Position numbers and translations under genes: made by a program. A DNA stretch of 64,000 nt from contig JAAYXE010000075.1 in assembly GCA_012516075.1 (NCBI GenBank), positions 1,860 to 65,859 of the forward strand, written 5' to 3'. The first letter of the stretch is position 1, and every line of letters begins with the position of its first letter. Shown piece after piece: positions 46,625 through 56,829 of this stretch. The stretch is from Chloroflexota bacterium (lineage in GTDB: Bacteria; Chloroflexota; Anaerolineae; Anaerolineales; UBA4823). The notes beneath the pieces were generated by a model. The model did no database searches and was not told where the DNA came from. It worked only from the letters and a program-made list of their open reading frames with translations.

Positions 46625-47314
46625 CTACGCTTGACTACCGGGCTCATTAGCGGAACTGGAAGTGCTCAACGGAGCAGCGAGGTGATATTTGCGCGCCAGT
46701 TGAGCAGCTTCGCGCCGGTTTTTTACGTGCAGCTTATCGAGGATATTGTGGATGTGAACTTTGACCGTGTTCTCAGTAATAAATAGTTGTTCTGCGATCA
46801 TCCGGTTGGTCGCCCCGCTGGCCAGAAGCCTGAGCACATCCATTTCTCTACTGGTCAGCGTGGCAAGTTCAGGCAAAGACTTTTCATTACTACCCAGCAG
46901 ACGAACGAATCGATCCAGAACACGCCCGGTCATAGCGCGTGTGAGCGCAATCTCGCCGCGCTGTAGAGCATGAATGGATGCCATCAGGTGGGAAAGGGAA
47001 GTATTTTTTAGAATATACCCCTTTGCTCCACAGCGCATTGAGCTGACAACCTGATCATCAGTCTCATTGATCCCCAGGATGACAACCTTGGCATCTGCAT
47101 GGATTTGCAGAATTGAGTGCACAATTTCAAAACCATCGATATCAGGGAGCTCTGCATCCAGCAGAATGATATCCGGGCGTAGTTGTTTTACTTTATCCAG
47201 GGTTTCACCGGCCGAACCCGCCACGCCAACGACCTCGATACCGGGCTGCTTTTTCAGCAAACTAACAAGGCCTTCTCGAAACAGTGCATGATGGTCAGTA
47301 ATGAATATTTTCAT
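46625..47314 (-). CDS. NarL/FixJ-family response regulator (REC + LuxR HTH)
   Basis: 229 aa. IFITDHH...DIILLDAELPDIDG. C-terminal LTSREMDVLRLLASGATNRMIAEQLFITENTVKVHIHNILDKL. Confidence 0.9.
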   Translation of the reverse strand: MKIFITDHHALFREGLVSLLKKQPGIEVVGVAGSAGETLDKVKQLRPDIILLDAELPDIDGFEIVHSILQIHADAKVVILGINETDDQVVSSMRCGAKGYILKNTSLSHLMASIHALQRGEIALTRAMTGRVLDRFVRLLGSNEKSLPELATLTSREMDVLRLLASGATNRMIAEQLFITENTVKVHIHNILDKLHVKNRREAAQLARKYHLAAPLSTSSSANEPGSQA

Positions 47315-47467
47315 TTTTTCTCTGAGATGTAATCAGCGTTGCGCAGAGATCTAATTCTTTGTTAAGTACGGATTAAGACCTGTGTTGTTACATAACAAAA
47401 ACGTTAAAAATGTTGTAATAGCGTGGAGTTAAAGACAAATCGGGCCGGCGTGTTAATAATTAAACGC

Positions 47468-47493
47468 AAAAAGCTCTTTCTGGTAGAAAGAGC
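47468..47493 (-). terminator. rho-independent terminator downstream of the tRNA-Ser pair
   Basis: gctctttc / gaaagagc stem. On the minus strand it is followed by ttttt. Confidence 0.55.
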
Positions 47494-47550
47494 CTGCAGT
47501 CTGACCCAGGGGGCCCTACCAAACTATCCTGGTGAGTCGAAGGACTACAG

Positions 47551-47640
47551 CGGGGAGGACAGGATTCGAACCTGCGGCCGAGTTTTTAGCCCGGCAACCG
47601 CTTAGCAGGCGGCCCCATTCGTCCACTCTGGCACCTCCCC
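47551..47640 (-). tRNA. tRNA-Ser (anticodon GCU), class II with long variable arm; CCA not encoded
   Basis: Reverse complement GGGGAGGTGCCAGAGTGGACGAATGGGGCCGCCTGCTAAGCGGTTGCCGGGCTAAAAACTCGGCCGCAGGTTCGAATCCTGTCCTCCCCG. Acceptor GGGGAGG/CCTCCCC, anticodon loop CTGCTAA, T-loop GGTTCGAATCC. Confidence 0.85.
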
Positions 47641-47659
47641 TTTTCGATGTGGAAATGGC

Positions 47660-47748
<89 letters not shown>

Positions 47749-47817
47749 TGAGCGGGCAGATTTTACCATAGAAAAAGAGACCCGGCAACGGGAGCGCTTC
47801 GAACCCGGGCTGGCTCA

Positions 47818-47827
47818 CACGGATAAT
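47818..47827 (+). repeat. CACGGATAAT decamer, copy 3 (upstream of murJ)
   Basis: Exact 10-mer. Intergenic, next to the hairpin cctgatggttgttatcagg. Confidence 0.6.
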
Positions 47828-47936
47828 CTCCTGATGGTTGTTATCAGGCCTGTGCAGGGTCCTGGTGAACTGGCAGCCAGTCAGAATAAATCGAATTATG
47901 CACATGTCCGTGCTATACTTGCGCAGAGGTCTGACA

Positions 47937-49493
47937 ATGTCGCGCATTTTCCGAATCTCACTCCTGTTAGCGTTTTTCTTTGGCCTGGAAAAGGTTCTTG
48001 GATTTGTCCGGCAGGTGCTGATCGCCCGCCAGTTCGGCATTTCCGCCGAACTGGATGCTTTCAATGCCGCCAATAATCTGCCCGATCTGTTGTTCGTGCT
48101 GATCTCGGGCGGTTCACTGGCAGTGGCATTGATCCCGGTGCTGTCGGAATATCTTGAAAAAGAAAGCCGTGAGGCTGCCTGGAACGTTTTCTCTCAGATT
48201 GCCAACCTGGTCTTTCTGGTCACCGCTGGACTTTCGCTGCTGGTCGCCGTATTTGCCCCGCAGCTTGTGCGCATGGAGCTGGGCCTGGCTCCCGGCTTTT
48301 CGAATGAACAGCAGGAACTGGTCATCAATCTGATGCGGCTGAACCTGATCGCCACACTGCTCTTCTCACTCAGCGGGCTGGTGATCGCCGGGCTGCAGGC
48401 CAACCAGCACTTTCTGCTGCCCGCAATGGCGCCCTCCATGTACGACCTGGGGATGCTCTTTGGCGTGCTGGTGCTCGCTCCGGAGAGGGGCTATTCCCTG
48501 GGACCGCTGCAGATCCCGGGTTTTGGTATGGGAGTGTACGGGCTGGTTTACGGCACGATCCTGGGTTCGGCCCTGTTCCTGGGAATCCAGATCCCCGGAT
48601 TGATTCGCTACCGCTTCCGCTGGCAGCCGTCCATCAACCTGAACCACCCTGGTGTACAGCGTGTGCTGGTGATGCTGGGGCCTCGTGTGCTGACCATGCT
48701 GTTCATCCAGCTCACTTTTATTGCCCAGGACAATGTCGCCTCCCGGCTGGCGACCGGCGCGGTAACCGCGCTGGTTTACGGCTGGTTGATCATGCAGGTG
48801 CCCGAAACACTGATCGGGACCGCCATCGGCACCGCCCTGCTGCCCACACTGTCGGAGCAAATTGCGCGCGGGGAAAGGGATCTTTTTTACCAGTCCCTCA
48901 ACCGCACCATCCGGGTGATCGTCGCCATCACCGTCCCGCTGGCCGTGCTGGTAGCAGTCGTCGTCCGGCCGGTGATCAGCATCCTGGGCTTCGGCCCGGA
49001 GGATACCGATCTGGTCGCCTGGACAGCGCGGGCATACCTGGCCGGCCTTATGGGTCATTCCCTGCTGGAAGTAGCCACGCGTTCCTTTTACGCCCGCCAG
49101 GATGCACGCACCCCTCTGATCGCCGCAGGGCTGATGTTCGGCATCTTCATCATCCTGGCGCCAATCCTGGCAAACCGTCTCGGTGCACCAGGCATCGGTC
49201 TTGCCAACGCCATCGCATTCACAGGTGAGGCGGTGTTCCTGCTGGCCCTGCTGAGCCGCCAGTTCCGGGGGGTGTTCAACCTGGGCAGCGCCTCGATACG
49301 CGTGCTCGGCGGCACACTGATCGCTGGTGCAGCCGCATACGCGGTGATCACCGGCCTGTTCATGCCACAGTTCGTTCCTGCAGAGGCCGGTCTACTCCCG
49401 AATCTGCTGCTTTCCGCAGCCGCCGGCCTGCTGGGTGTAATCGCCGTTCTGCCCTTCATCTGGCCGGAAGTAAAACTCCTGTTAAAACTTTGA
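47937..49493 (+). CDS. murJ: lipid II flippase MurJ/MviN
   Basis: ORF 47838..49493. The preferred ATG at 47937 (MSRIFRISLLLAFFFGLEKVLGFVRQVLIARQFGISAELDAFNAANNLPDLLF..) matches the MurJ N-terminus. 14-TM type. Confidence 0.85.
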   Translation: MSRIFRISLLLAFFFGLEKVLGFVRQVLIARQFGISAELDAFNAANNLPDLLFVLISGGSLAVALIPVLSEYLEKESREAAWNVFSQIANLVFLVTAGLSLLVAVFAPQLVRMELGLAPGFSNEQQELVINLMRLNLIATLLFSLSGLVIAGLQANQHFLLPAMAPSMYDLGMLFGVLVLAPERGYSLGPLQIPGFGMGVYGLVYGTILGSALFLGIQIPGLIRYRFRWQPSINLNHPGVQRVLVMLGPRVLTMLFIQLTFIAQDNVASRLATGAVTALVYGWLIMQVPETLIGTAIGTALLPTLSEQIARGERDLFYQSLNRTIRVIVAITVPLAVLVAVVVRPVISILGFGPEDTDLVAWTARAYLAGLMGHSLLEVATRSFYARQDARTPLIAAGLMFGIFIILAPILANRLGAPGIGLANAIAFTGEAVFLLALLSRQFRGVFNLGSASIRVLGGTLIAGAAAYAVITGLFMPQFVPAEAGLLPNLLLSAAAGLLGVIAVLPFIWPEVKLLLKL

Positions 49494-49509
49494 ACCGGTA
49501 AGCACCCTG

Positions 49510-51414
49510 TTGACCTGGCGAAACCTTCTTATTCTGCTCCTGAGCCTATCACTTGCGGCCTTCAGCCTGAATCCCAGATCGATGGGGGCTGCAGAGCCAT
49601 CGTGGCAGTCCAGGGTGGACCCGTGGGTGCTGCAGCAGGCTCAGACCGGCGAGGCTGAGTTCATCCTTTTTCTCAAACAGCAGGCCGATCTGAGCGCGGC
49701 TGCACAACTCCCCACGAAAGCAGAAAAAGGCGCGTTTGTTTACAAAACCCTCAAGGAAACGGCAGATGATAGCCAGCCGCCGCTGCTGCGCTTTCTTGAG
49801 GCGCAGGGTCTGGAACACCGTCCGTTCTGGATCGCGAATATGGTCTGGGTGCGAGGGGATTTTCAAGCGCTGCAGGCTCTGGCCCGGCGCAGCGACGTTG
49901 CCCGGGTTTATGCCAATCCCAGTGTTCAACTTGATCAGGCTGTACCTGCCCCGGTCGAGCGCCTTGATGGAGCGCTCACCGGGGCAGCCACGACCATCCC
50001 CTGGAACCTGACCAGAGTTGGTGTCGAAGAAGTCTGGCAGGCCGGTTTCACCGGCCAGGGCGTGGTGATCGGTGGACAGGATACCGGCTACGATTGGACC
50101 CACCCGGCACTGCAGGCCGCTTACCGGGGATGGGATGGTACCTCTGCTGATCACAATTACAGCTGGCATGATGCCATTCACGAGGACAGCCTGCCATTTT
50201 CGTCTGGCAACCGCTGCGGTTATGAATCACCGGAACCCTGTGATGACGGCCAGCACGGCACCCACACCATGGGAATCATGGTCGGCGCTGCCCCCGACCG
50301 GATTGTTGGCATGGCTCCAGGGGCGAAATGGATCGGCTGCAGGAATATGGAAAACGGCGTGGGCTCCCCGGCCACATACAGCGAATGCTTTCAGTGGTTT
50401 CTGGCGCCCACCGACCTGGAAGGAAAGAACCCCCGGCCAGACCTGGCGCCGGATATCGTCAACAATTCATGGAGCTGCCCTCCGTCAGAAAGCTGCACAG
50501 ATCCAGACGTGCTGCTCGCAGTCGTCAACAACCTGCGCCTCGCTGGGATCATGACCGTGCAGTCTGCGGGCAACAGCGGCCCCTCCTGCGGGTCCATCGA
50601 TACTCCGGCCGCCATTTACGAGGCATCTTTCACTGTTGGCAGCACAGACGAATACGATCGGGTTGTCTCCAGCAGCAGCCGTGGGCCGGTGACGGTGGAC
50701 GGCAGCTGGCGCACCAAGCCGGATGTCGCCGCGCCCGGGGCCGGTATTATTTCAACGGTTCCGGGCGGTAGTTATATTTACCTGAGCGGCACCAGCATGG
50801 CCGGCCCCCATGCAGCCGGGCTGGCTGCCCTGCTGATCTCCGCCAACCCGGATCTGCGCGGTCAGGTCGACCAGATAGAAACCATCATCAAGCGCAGCGC
50901 CGCAGCCCTCCCGGGTGAAACGGACCTCTGCACGATGTCGGGCGAGGGCAGCATTCCAAACAACAGCTACGGCTGGGGGCGGATAGACGCCGCCGCTGCT
51001 CTTCGCTATGCTGCCCAGCCCCTGTGGGTGCAGAAAAGTGCAGCCGCCTTCATCGAGCCGGGAGCACAACTGCAGTACACGCTGCAAGCCGGCGCTGGAA
51101 TCCAGGCACAGACGAACGTGGTCCTGACGGACGAAATCCCTGCAGGCACGAGGCTGGTTTCAGCGACGGGACCGTATGAGGTTACAGGTCAGACCATCAC
51201 CTGGACCTTCCCATATCTGCCAGCTGGCGATGTCCTGACCGTTTCGTTCATCGTGCAGCTCGCGCCGGAGGCCGGGAATGCGATCACCAACTCAAATTAC
51301 CGGGTGAGCAGCGATGAGTTCCCTCAGGGAGTGGCAGGCACACCAGTAACAACCGTAGTTGCATATGCACGCTTCTTTCCCTTCATGATGCAGGGCTCTC
51401 GGGTTTCTCCTTAG
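49510..51414 (+). CDS. secreted subtilisin-like serine protease (S8) with C-terminal beta-sandwich (DUF11-like) domain
   Basis: 634 aa, TTG start, signal peptide. Catalytic triad contexts VVIGGQDTGYD, HGTHTMG, GTSMAGPHAAG. Confidence 0.85.
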   Translation: MTWRNLLILLLSLSLAAFSLNPRSMGAAEPSWQSRVDPWVLQQAQTGEAEFILFLKQQADLSAAAQLPTKAEKGAFVYKTLKETADDSQPPLLRFLEAQGLEHRPFWIANMVWVRGDFQALQALARRSDVARVYANPSVQLDQAVPAPVERLDGALTGAATTIPWNLTRVGVEEVWQAGFTGQGVVIGGQDTGYDWTHPALQAAYRGWDGTSADHNYSWHDAIHEDSLPFSSGNRCGYESPEPCDDGQHGTHTMGIMVGAAPDRIVGMAPGAKWIGCRNMENGVGSPATYSECFQWFLAPTDLEGKNPRPDLAPDIVNNSWSCPPSESCTDPDVLLAVVNNLRLAGIMTVQSAGNSGPSCGSIDTPAAIYEASFTVGSTDEYDRVVSSSSRGPVTVDGSWRTKPDVAAPGAGIISTVPGGSYIYLSGTSMAGPHAAGLAALLISANPDLRGQVDQIETIIKRSAAALPGETDLCTMSGEGSIPNNSYGWGRIDAAAALRYAAQPLWVQKSAAAFIEPGAQLQYTLQAGAGIQAQTNVVLTDEIPAGTRLVSATGPYEVTGQTITWTFPYLPAGDVLTVSFIVQLAPEAGNAITNSNYRVSSDEFPQGVAGTPVTTVVAYARFFPFMMQGSRVSP

Positions 51415-51584
51415 CGGTGCTTACTCCCAGCATAATGCCCTGAATGACCTTCAGCAGTGCACCATACCACCAGCCGCTTTCCAACAGGCTCAGAACAGCT
51501 GGCAGCATACAGCGCCATGATCCATCCACCTGAAACACGGCAGCCGGACTGCCTGCCGCCTGATTTTCATTAAACCTACGAAAC

Positions 51585-51614
51585 GGGGCTCAAGCGCAGA
51601 TTGGCTTGAGCCCC
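51585..51614. terminator. stem-loop between convergent protease and ABC operon
   Basis: ggggctcaagc / gcttgagcccc (11 bp), located between convergent gene ends. Confidence 0.5.
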
Positions 51615-51636
51615 GTAAATTTAGATCACAGTATTA

Positions 51637-53202
51637 CTACACAGCCTGAGGTGTGGAAACCGGAACCTCTACAGTACCAGAGCCAGCCATGAGCAGGCCG
51701 AGTTCTTCTCTGTCCGCATCCCTGGCGTCCATTACTGCCACGATCTGCCCGTGATACATGACCGCAATACGGTCGGCAAGAGCGAGGATCTCATCCAGCT
51801 CTGCAGATACCAGCAGGACGGCGATCCCCTGATCGCGCATCTCCACCATCTTGCGGTGTATATATTCAATCGAGCCCACGTCCAGGCCGCGCGTTGGTTG
51901 ATTGGCGATCAGCAGACGCACGTCCCGGCTGAGCTCGCGAGCAACGATCACCTTTTGCTGGTTGCCGCCGGACAGGTTGGCAGCGGGCACCAGCGGGCTG
52001 GGGGCGCGCACGTCGAACAGTTTAATCAGGCGCCTGGCATGTTCGAGGATCGCATTGCCCTGGCGCTGAATACCCTGCGAAAACGGCGGCTTATAGTATG
52101 TGTTCAGCACTTCGTTATCGGCAATGGGGAACGGCAGCACCAGCCCATATTTGTGCCGGTCTTCCGGGATGTGCGAAAGGCCCAGTTCGAACAGCGCCCG
52201 GGGGTCATCCGGTGGGACGAGCTGGTTGTTCAAACGGACCTCGCCCTTCACGAACGGCCGGAGGCCCGTCAGCGCTTCGACCAGTTCAGTCTGCCCATTG
52301 CCCTGCACGCCGGCAATGCCCAGGATCTCACCGGCGCGAATCTGGAAGGAAACACCCCGAACCGCTTCAATCCCGCGCTCACCAGCGACATACAGGTCTT
52401 TTACATCCAGGACCACCTCTCCTGGTTTTGCCGGCCCCTTTTCCACCTGCAGGATGACCTCCCGGCCAACCATCATCGATGCCAGCTCCTGCTCGCTGGT
52501 CTCTGCGGGAGTGGTTGTGCCCACCACCCGGCCGCGCCGCATCACGGTGATCTGATCGGCAATGGCCAGCACTTCCTTCAGTTTATGCGTGATAAAGATG
52601 ATCGATACCCCCCGTTCGGTCAGGTTCTCGATCACTTTGAATAGATCCTCGACCTCCTGAGGGGTCAGAACAGCAGTCGGCTCATCCAGAACCAGAATGC
52701 GGACGTTGCGATACAGCGCTTTGATAATTTCCACGCGCTGCTGCACGCCCACCGGCAGCTCCTCGACCAGCGCATCGGGGTCAACGTCCAGACCGTACTC
52801 ATACGCCAGCTGCTTGATCTTCTTGCGCGCCGTGGCCATATCCAGGCTGGGGCCGCGTGTGACTTCATCTCCCAGAATGATGTTTTCAGCGACGGTAAAT
52901 ACCGGCACCAGCATAAAATGCTGGTGGACCATTCCGATGCCAAGGCGGATGGCATCGTGCGGGTCGCGGATTTCCACCGGCTTGAGTTCGCCATCTGGGC
53001 CGCCGATCAGAATTTCACCCTCATCCGGGCTGTAAAGCCCGTAGATGATATTCATCAGCGTGCTCTTACCGGCGCCGTTTTCACCCAGCAGGGCATGAAT
53101 TTCGCCCCTGCGCAGGGTGAAATTGATCCCATCGTTGGCTATAACCCCCGGGAAGCGTTTGGTGATATTGCGGACTTCAAGTGCAACGGGTGGCATCGAC
53201 AT
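51637..53202 (-). CDS. ABC transporter ATP-binding protein, duplicated NBD (BMP/nucleoside-sugar type)
   Basis: 521 aa. Two NBDs (GENGAGKST, LPVGVQQRVEI, LVLDEPT; second: LSGGNQQKVIVAREL, LIANQPTRGLD). Confidence 0.9.
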   Translation of the reverse strand: MSMPPVALEVRNITKRFPGVIANDGINFTLRRGEIHALLGENGAGKSTLMNIIYGLYSPDEGEILIGGPDGELKPVEIRDPHDAIRLGIGMVHQHFMLVPVFTVAENIILGDEVTRGPSLDMATARKKIKQLAYEYGLDVDPDALVEELPVGVQQRVEIIKALYRNVRILVLDEPTAVLTPQEVEDLFKVIENLTERGVSIIFITHKLKEVLAIADQITVMRRGRVVGTTTPAETSEQELASMMVGREVILQVEKGPAKPGEVVLDVKDLYVAGERGIEAVRGVSFQIRAGEILGIAGVQGNGQTELVEALTGLRPFVKGEVRLNNQLVPPDDPRALFELGLSHIPEDRHKYGLVLPFPIADNEVLNTYYKPPFSQGIQRQGNAILEHARRLIKLFDVRAPSPLVPAANLSGGNQQKVIVARELSRDVRLLIANQPTRGLDVGSIEYIHRKMVEMRDQGIAVLLVSAELDEILALADRIAVMYHGQIVAVMDARDADREELGLLMAGSGTVEVPVSTPQAV

Positions 53203-53205
53203 ATT

Positions 53206-54219
53206 CTACTCTTTCTCGTACGGGACACCTTCAGCAGCCGGCGGCCGCGATCTGCCGACAAATCCGGCCAGGACAATAATCGTCAGCACGTATGGCAGCA
53301 TTCCAATGAACTGGTGAGGAATGTTGAACTGCCCGGTAAATTGGAGCTGGGTTTGCAGAGCCATCGCAAATCCAAACAGCAGGGCAGCGCCCCAGGCTCC
53401 AAACGGGGTCCACTGACCAAAAATCATTACCGCCAGTGCTACAAAACCGCGGCCGTTGGTCATGGCGCGTTCAAACGAGCCCACTGATTCGAGTGTCAGG
53501 AACGCGCCGGCCAGGCCAACCACTGCGCCAGCAATAATTACGTTGGCATAGCGGATTTTGTAAACGTCGATCCCTACCGTATCCGCAGCGCGCGGGTGTT
53601 CTCCTACCGCACGAGTGCGCAGTCCCCAGCGAGTGTGGAAGAGAACGTAATGCGACAGGAAGACGAGAATGATCGCGGCATAGGTGATGGGCGGGTTGCT
53701 GAAAAAGATCGGCCCGATCAGAGGGATATCGGCCAGCGGCCCGAGGCGGATGGGCTGCAGCTTTCCGCTGGTGGTCAGGCCTGATATGTAGAAATAGCCG
53801 GTCAGGCCCAGGGCCAGGATATTGATCACGGTACCGCCGATGATCTGGTCGATTTTCAAGGTCACCGACATGAAAGCCAGCAGCAGACCCAGCAAAGCGC
53901 CGGTCAGGACGGCAACGAGTACCGCCAGAAAGAGATTGTCCAGATAAACGTTCGCCAGGAAGCCGGTAAACGCAGACAGGAGCATCTGGCCTTCGATGCC
54001 AATATTGATCACACCAGAGCGCTCGCAGATCATACCGCACAGTGCACCCAGCACAATCGGGGTTGCCTGGCGCACTGCAGATGCCAGGACAGCGGTTGTG
54101 ATCACCGGATTGGAGATATAACTGGCCAGAACGGCAACAATGAGCAGTGTGCCGTAGATGAACAGGTTTCGGTAGCGATAAAGGACGCTGTTTTTTTCTA
54201 GCTGCAGGATACCTTGCAT
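53206..54219 (-). CDS. ABC transporter permease
   Basis: ORF 53206..54309. The ATG at 54219 (MQGILQLEKNSVLYRYRN..) avoids overlap with the upstream permease stop at 54233. Confidence 0.85.
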   Translation of the reverse strand: MQGILQLEKNSVLYRYRNLFIYGTLLIVAVLASYISNPVITTAVLASAVRQATPIVLGALCGMICERSGVINIGIEGQMLLSAFTGFLANVYLDNLFLAVLVAVLTGALLGLLLAFMSVTLKIDQIIGGTVINILALGLTGYFYISGLTTSGKLQPIRLGPLADIPLIGPIFFSNPPITYAAIILVFLSHYVLFHTRWGLRTRAVGEHPRAADTVGIDVYKIRYANVIIAGAVVGLAGAFLTLESVGSFERAMTNGRGFVALAVMIFGQWTPFGAWGAALLFGFAMALQTQLQFTGQFNIPHQFIGMLPYVLTIIVLAGFVGRSRPPAAEGVPYEKE

Positions 54220-54232
54220 GGCCCTACCTCCC

Positions 54233-55351
54233 TTACTTCTGACCCCAGCCGGTGGTGAGCGCCGGGCCGGCTGCTTCTGTCGTCCGTGCGCGAATGATCC
54301 AGCGCACAATCATGTCGGCGGCCACGAAGAAAAGGATCAGGGCCTGGATTACATCGGTGATCTCTTTCGCCACTCCCGCACTGAACTGCATCTGATTGGA
54401 ACCGGCATCCATAGCGCCAACCAGAATGGAGGCGGGAATTACGCCAAAAGGATGGGTGCGGCCGAGCAGAGCGATGGTAATACCATCGAATCCGATGCCG
54501 GTGTTAAAACCGGGCTGATAGCGCCCCACAACGCCCTGCGTTTCCACTGCGCCGCCCATACCGGCCAGAAAACCGCTGATGGCCATCGTCATGACGATGG
54601 TGAATGCCACCCGCATCCCGGCATAGCGCGCCGCATAGGGGTTGAGACCTACCGTGCGGATCTCAAAACCGATGGTAGTGTAATTGAGCAGCCACCAGAT
54701 CACCACAGCCGTAATCAGGGCGATCACAAAACCAAGGGGGACGCTTCCGATGGTCGGGATACGGGCCGTGTCCAGGATCTGTGGTGTGCGCGCAACGATA
54801 TTGCTTCCGCTCGTATCTTTAAGCGGCCCGTCGGCCAGCCAATCGGTTATGTTGATGGCGACGTAGTTCATCATGATCGTAACGATCACTTCATGCGCGC
54901 CGGTAAAAGCTCGTAGAGCCCCGGGGATCATAGCAAAGAGGGCTGCCGCAACAGCGCCACCGAGTAAAGCCAGTGGTATGTGAATGACGGCCGGCAGGCC
55001 AGTCACGGCGAAACCGATCACCGCTGCAGTCAATGCACCCATGAGCAGCTGTCCCTGTGCGCCGATATTAAACAGGCCAGCTTTGAAAGCAAAGGCAACA
55101 GCCAATCCGCTGAAAATCAGGGGGGTGGCTTTTTCCAGGGTGCGTGCGATGGCATTCGTACTGCCAAAAGCACCGCGAAACAATGCACCATAAGCCTGCA
55201 AAGGCGGCGCTCCTGAAATCGCCAGAATGACAGCTCCGATCAGCATCGCCAGAAGCACCGCAGCTACCGGCACACTGATCGCGCGCCAGACAGCCACTAC
55301 GAGGGAGAGACCGGATCGCCCGGCTGAGACCCGTTGTTGTTGGTCCGTCAT
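54233..55351 (-). CDS. ABC transporter permease
   Basis: 372 aa polytopic protein, branched-chain/sugar-type permease family. Same operon. Confidence 0.85.
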   Translation of the reverse strand: MTDQQQRVSAGRSGLSLVVAVWRAISVPVAAVLLAMLIGAVILAISGAPPLQAYGALFRGAFGSTNAIARTLEKATPLIFSGLAVAFAFKAGLFNIGAQGQLLMGALTAAVIGFAVTGLPAVIHIPLALLGGAVAAALFAMIPGALRAFTGAHEVIVTIMMNYVAINITDWLADGPLKDTSGSNIVARTPQILDTARIPTIGSVPLGFVIALITAVVIWWLLNYTTIGFEIRTVGLNPYAARYAGMRVAFTIVMTMAISGFLAGMGGAVETQGVVGRYQPGFNTGIGFDGITIALLGRTHPFGVIPASILVGAMDAGSNQMQFSAGVAKEITDVIQALILFFVAADMIVRWIIRARTTEAAGPALTTGWGQK

Positions 55352-55473
55352 ATACTTAAGGATCCTTTACTTTGTGAGACAAAAATAAGGAAACATAATG
55401 AGAATATATTCTACCCGGCTTAGGCTGTTACGTAAACCTCACGATTTCTTAAAATTCGATGAGAGCAGAATCA

Positions 55474-55510
55474 GTAAGCGGCTTACTCACTGGCTGAGTA
55501 AGCCGCTTAC
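55474..55510 (-). terminator. intra-operon hairpin after the substrate-binding-protein gene
   Basis: Perfect 16-bp stem gtaagcggcttactca / tgagtaagccgcttac with loop ctggc, 34 nt past the stop at 55544. Only a weak U-tract. Confidence 0.45.
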
Positions 55511-55543
55511 GTTTACATCGTCATTCCACCGGCAGGAAAGGGA

Positions 55544-56653
55544 CTATCCGGAGGTGCCTCTTTCGATTGTGATGGAGCCGTCCAGCAGACCCTGGCGGAT
55601 CTCATCCAGGCGATCCTTGACCTCCTGAGGAATCTTGTCTTCGAAGTCATGGAAGGGGGCCAGACCAAACTCGCCCATGTAGGAGCCGCCGGGGAAGTTG
55701 CCCTCTGTATGCATGCGGATCAGGTCGGCAACGGCCGGAGAGATGAGTTTCATCGCACTGGAGACCAGGCAGGGGTGAGCCTCGGGCACTGTCTCCCACT
55801 GATCGGTGTCAACACCAATGCAGTACACACCTTCGTGGCCGGCCGATTCGATCAGCGCGCCGTTACCGGTCTTACCACCTGCGCCGAAGATCACGTCAGC
55901 GCCCTGGCTGATCGCCTGGGCAGCCGTGGTGGCGCCCCATTCCGGATCGGTAAAGGCGACGTCCAGACCGCCCGGATGGTAGGTGGAAATGATGTTGACG
56001 TCTTCATTCACGTATTTTGCGCCGGCGATGAAGCCCTCATTGAAAGCCACAACCGCGGGAACCAGATCTGTACCAAGAACGGCGGCGATCGTATTGCTCT
56101 TGGTCAGCATACCGGCCAGGGCGCCAGCCATGAAGCCCGACTTGTCTTCAGGGAAGATCAGCCCAACGACATTTTCTACTGGCTCAGAAACAAACTGGTC
56201 CACGCCGATGAAATCAATGTCCGGGTACTGCTCGGCAGCAGCCAGTGTGGCTTCACCCAGAGCAAATCCAACGGTCACGATCACATCATAGCCTTCTTCA
56301 GCGAAAAGCTGAATGTTGGCGGCGTAGTCCTTGGCGTCCTTGGTCTCGATGTAGTTAGCCTGCCCGCCGAGTTCCTCAACGGCAGCCACAACACCCTCCC
56401 AGGAGGATTGGTTGAAGGACTTGTCGTCGACTTCACCCACATCGGTCACCAGGCCGACGCACAGAACGTCCGGGCTGGAGCAGTCGCCTTCAGCCGCAGG
56501 TTCTTCTGCCGCGGGCTCTTCCGCAGCGGGTGCTTCCGTCTCTGCTGGTTCATCTGCCGGCGCTTGTGTTGGGGCGGCCTGCTGGGCGCAGGCTCCCAAC
56601 AGAAGGGCTGCGAGAATCAGAACAGAAAGGATCGCATATAGTTTTTTCGACAT
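55544..56653 (-). CDS. BMP-family (PnrA/Med-like) ABC substrate-binding lipoprotein
   Basis: 369 aa. Lipobox LLLGACA. Acidic Pro/Ala/Glu linker. ..VGLVTDVGEVDDKSFNQSSWEGV...GFMAGALAGMLTKSNTIAAVLG.. Confidence 0.85.
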   Translation of the reverse strand: MSKKLYAILSVLILAALLLGACAQQAAPTQAPADEPAETEAPAAEEPAAEEPAAEGDCSSPDVLCVGLVTDVGEVDDKSFNQSSWEGVVAAVEELGGQANYIETKDAKDYAANIQLFAEEGYDVIVTVGFALGEATLAAAEQYPDIDFIGVDQFVSEPVENVVGLIFPEDKSGFMAGALAGMLTKSNTIAAVLGTDLVPAVVAFNEGFIAGAKYVNEDVNIISTYHPGGLDVAFTDPEWGATTAAQAISQGADVIFGAGGKTGNGALIESAGHEGVYCIGVDTDQWETVPEAHPCLVSSAMKLISPAVADLIRMHTEGNFPGGSYMGEFGLAPFHDFEDKIPQEVKDRLDEIRQGLLDGSITIERGTSG

Positions 56654-56829
56654 ATTTTCTTCTCCTAAAGATCTGACGAAAGGGTTTTCTCTCCGTTCAG
56701 CAGACGGTTTTTCTCCGTAGTTGCTGTGCCGTTGCTGTGCCGGAAATCACTTTAGTGTAGCATGAAATCGCAACACAGACAATAGGATCGAGGTTGCAGT
56801 AATATGTACAGAACGATCCCTTGATGCGT

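Noticed and set aside
47780-47815. tRNA-like fragment (gcgcttcgaacccggg, resembling a T-arm) next to the tRNA-Ser pair. It could mark an integration scar.
   Set aside because: No cloverleaf can be drawn, since the T-stem halves are not complementary. No integrase, direct repeat of a tRNA 3' end or foreign-looking gene block is nearby.
51383-51508. 41-aa hydrophobic minus-strand ORF (MLPAVLSLLESGWWYGALLKVIQGIMLGVSTAKEKPESPAS) overlapping the 3' end of the protease gene.
   Set aside because: No clear SD, and it overlaps a confident gene convergently by 32 nt. It could be a real small membrane protein but cannot be supported from sequence alone.
56720-56741. Tandem 11-nt duplication gttgctgtgcc x2 upstream of the BMP binding-protein gene.
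   Set aside because: Only two copies, and it may be a simple slippage duplication. It is mentioned under the BMP operon finding rather than as a separate element.
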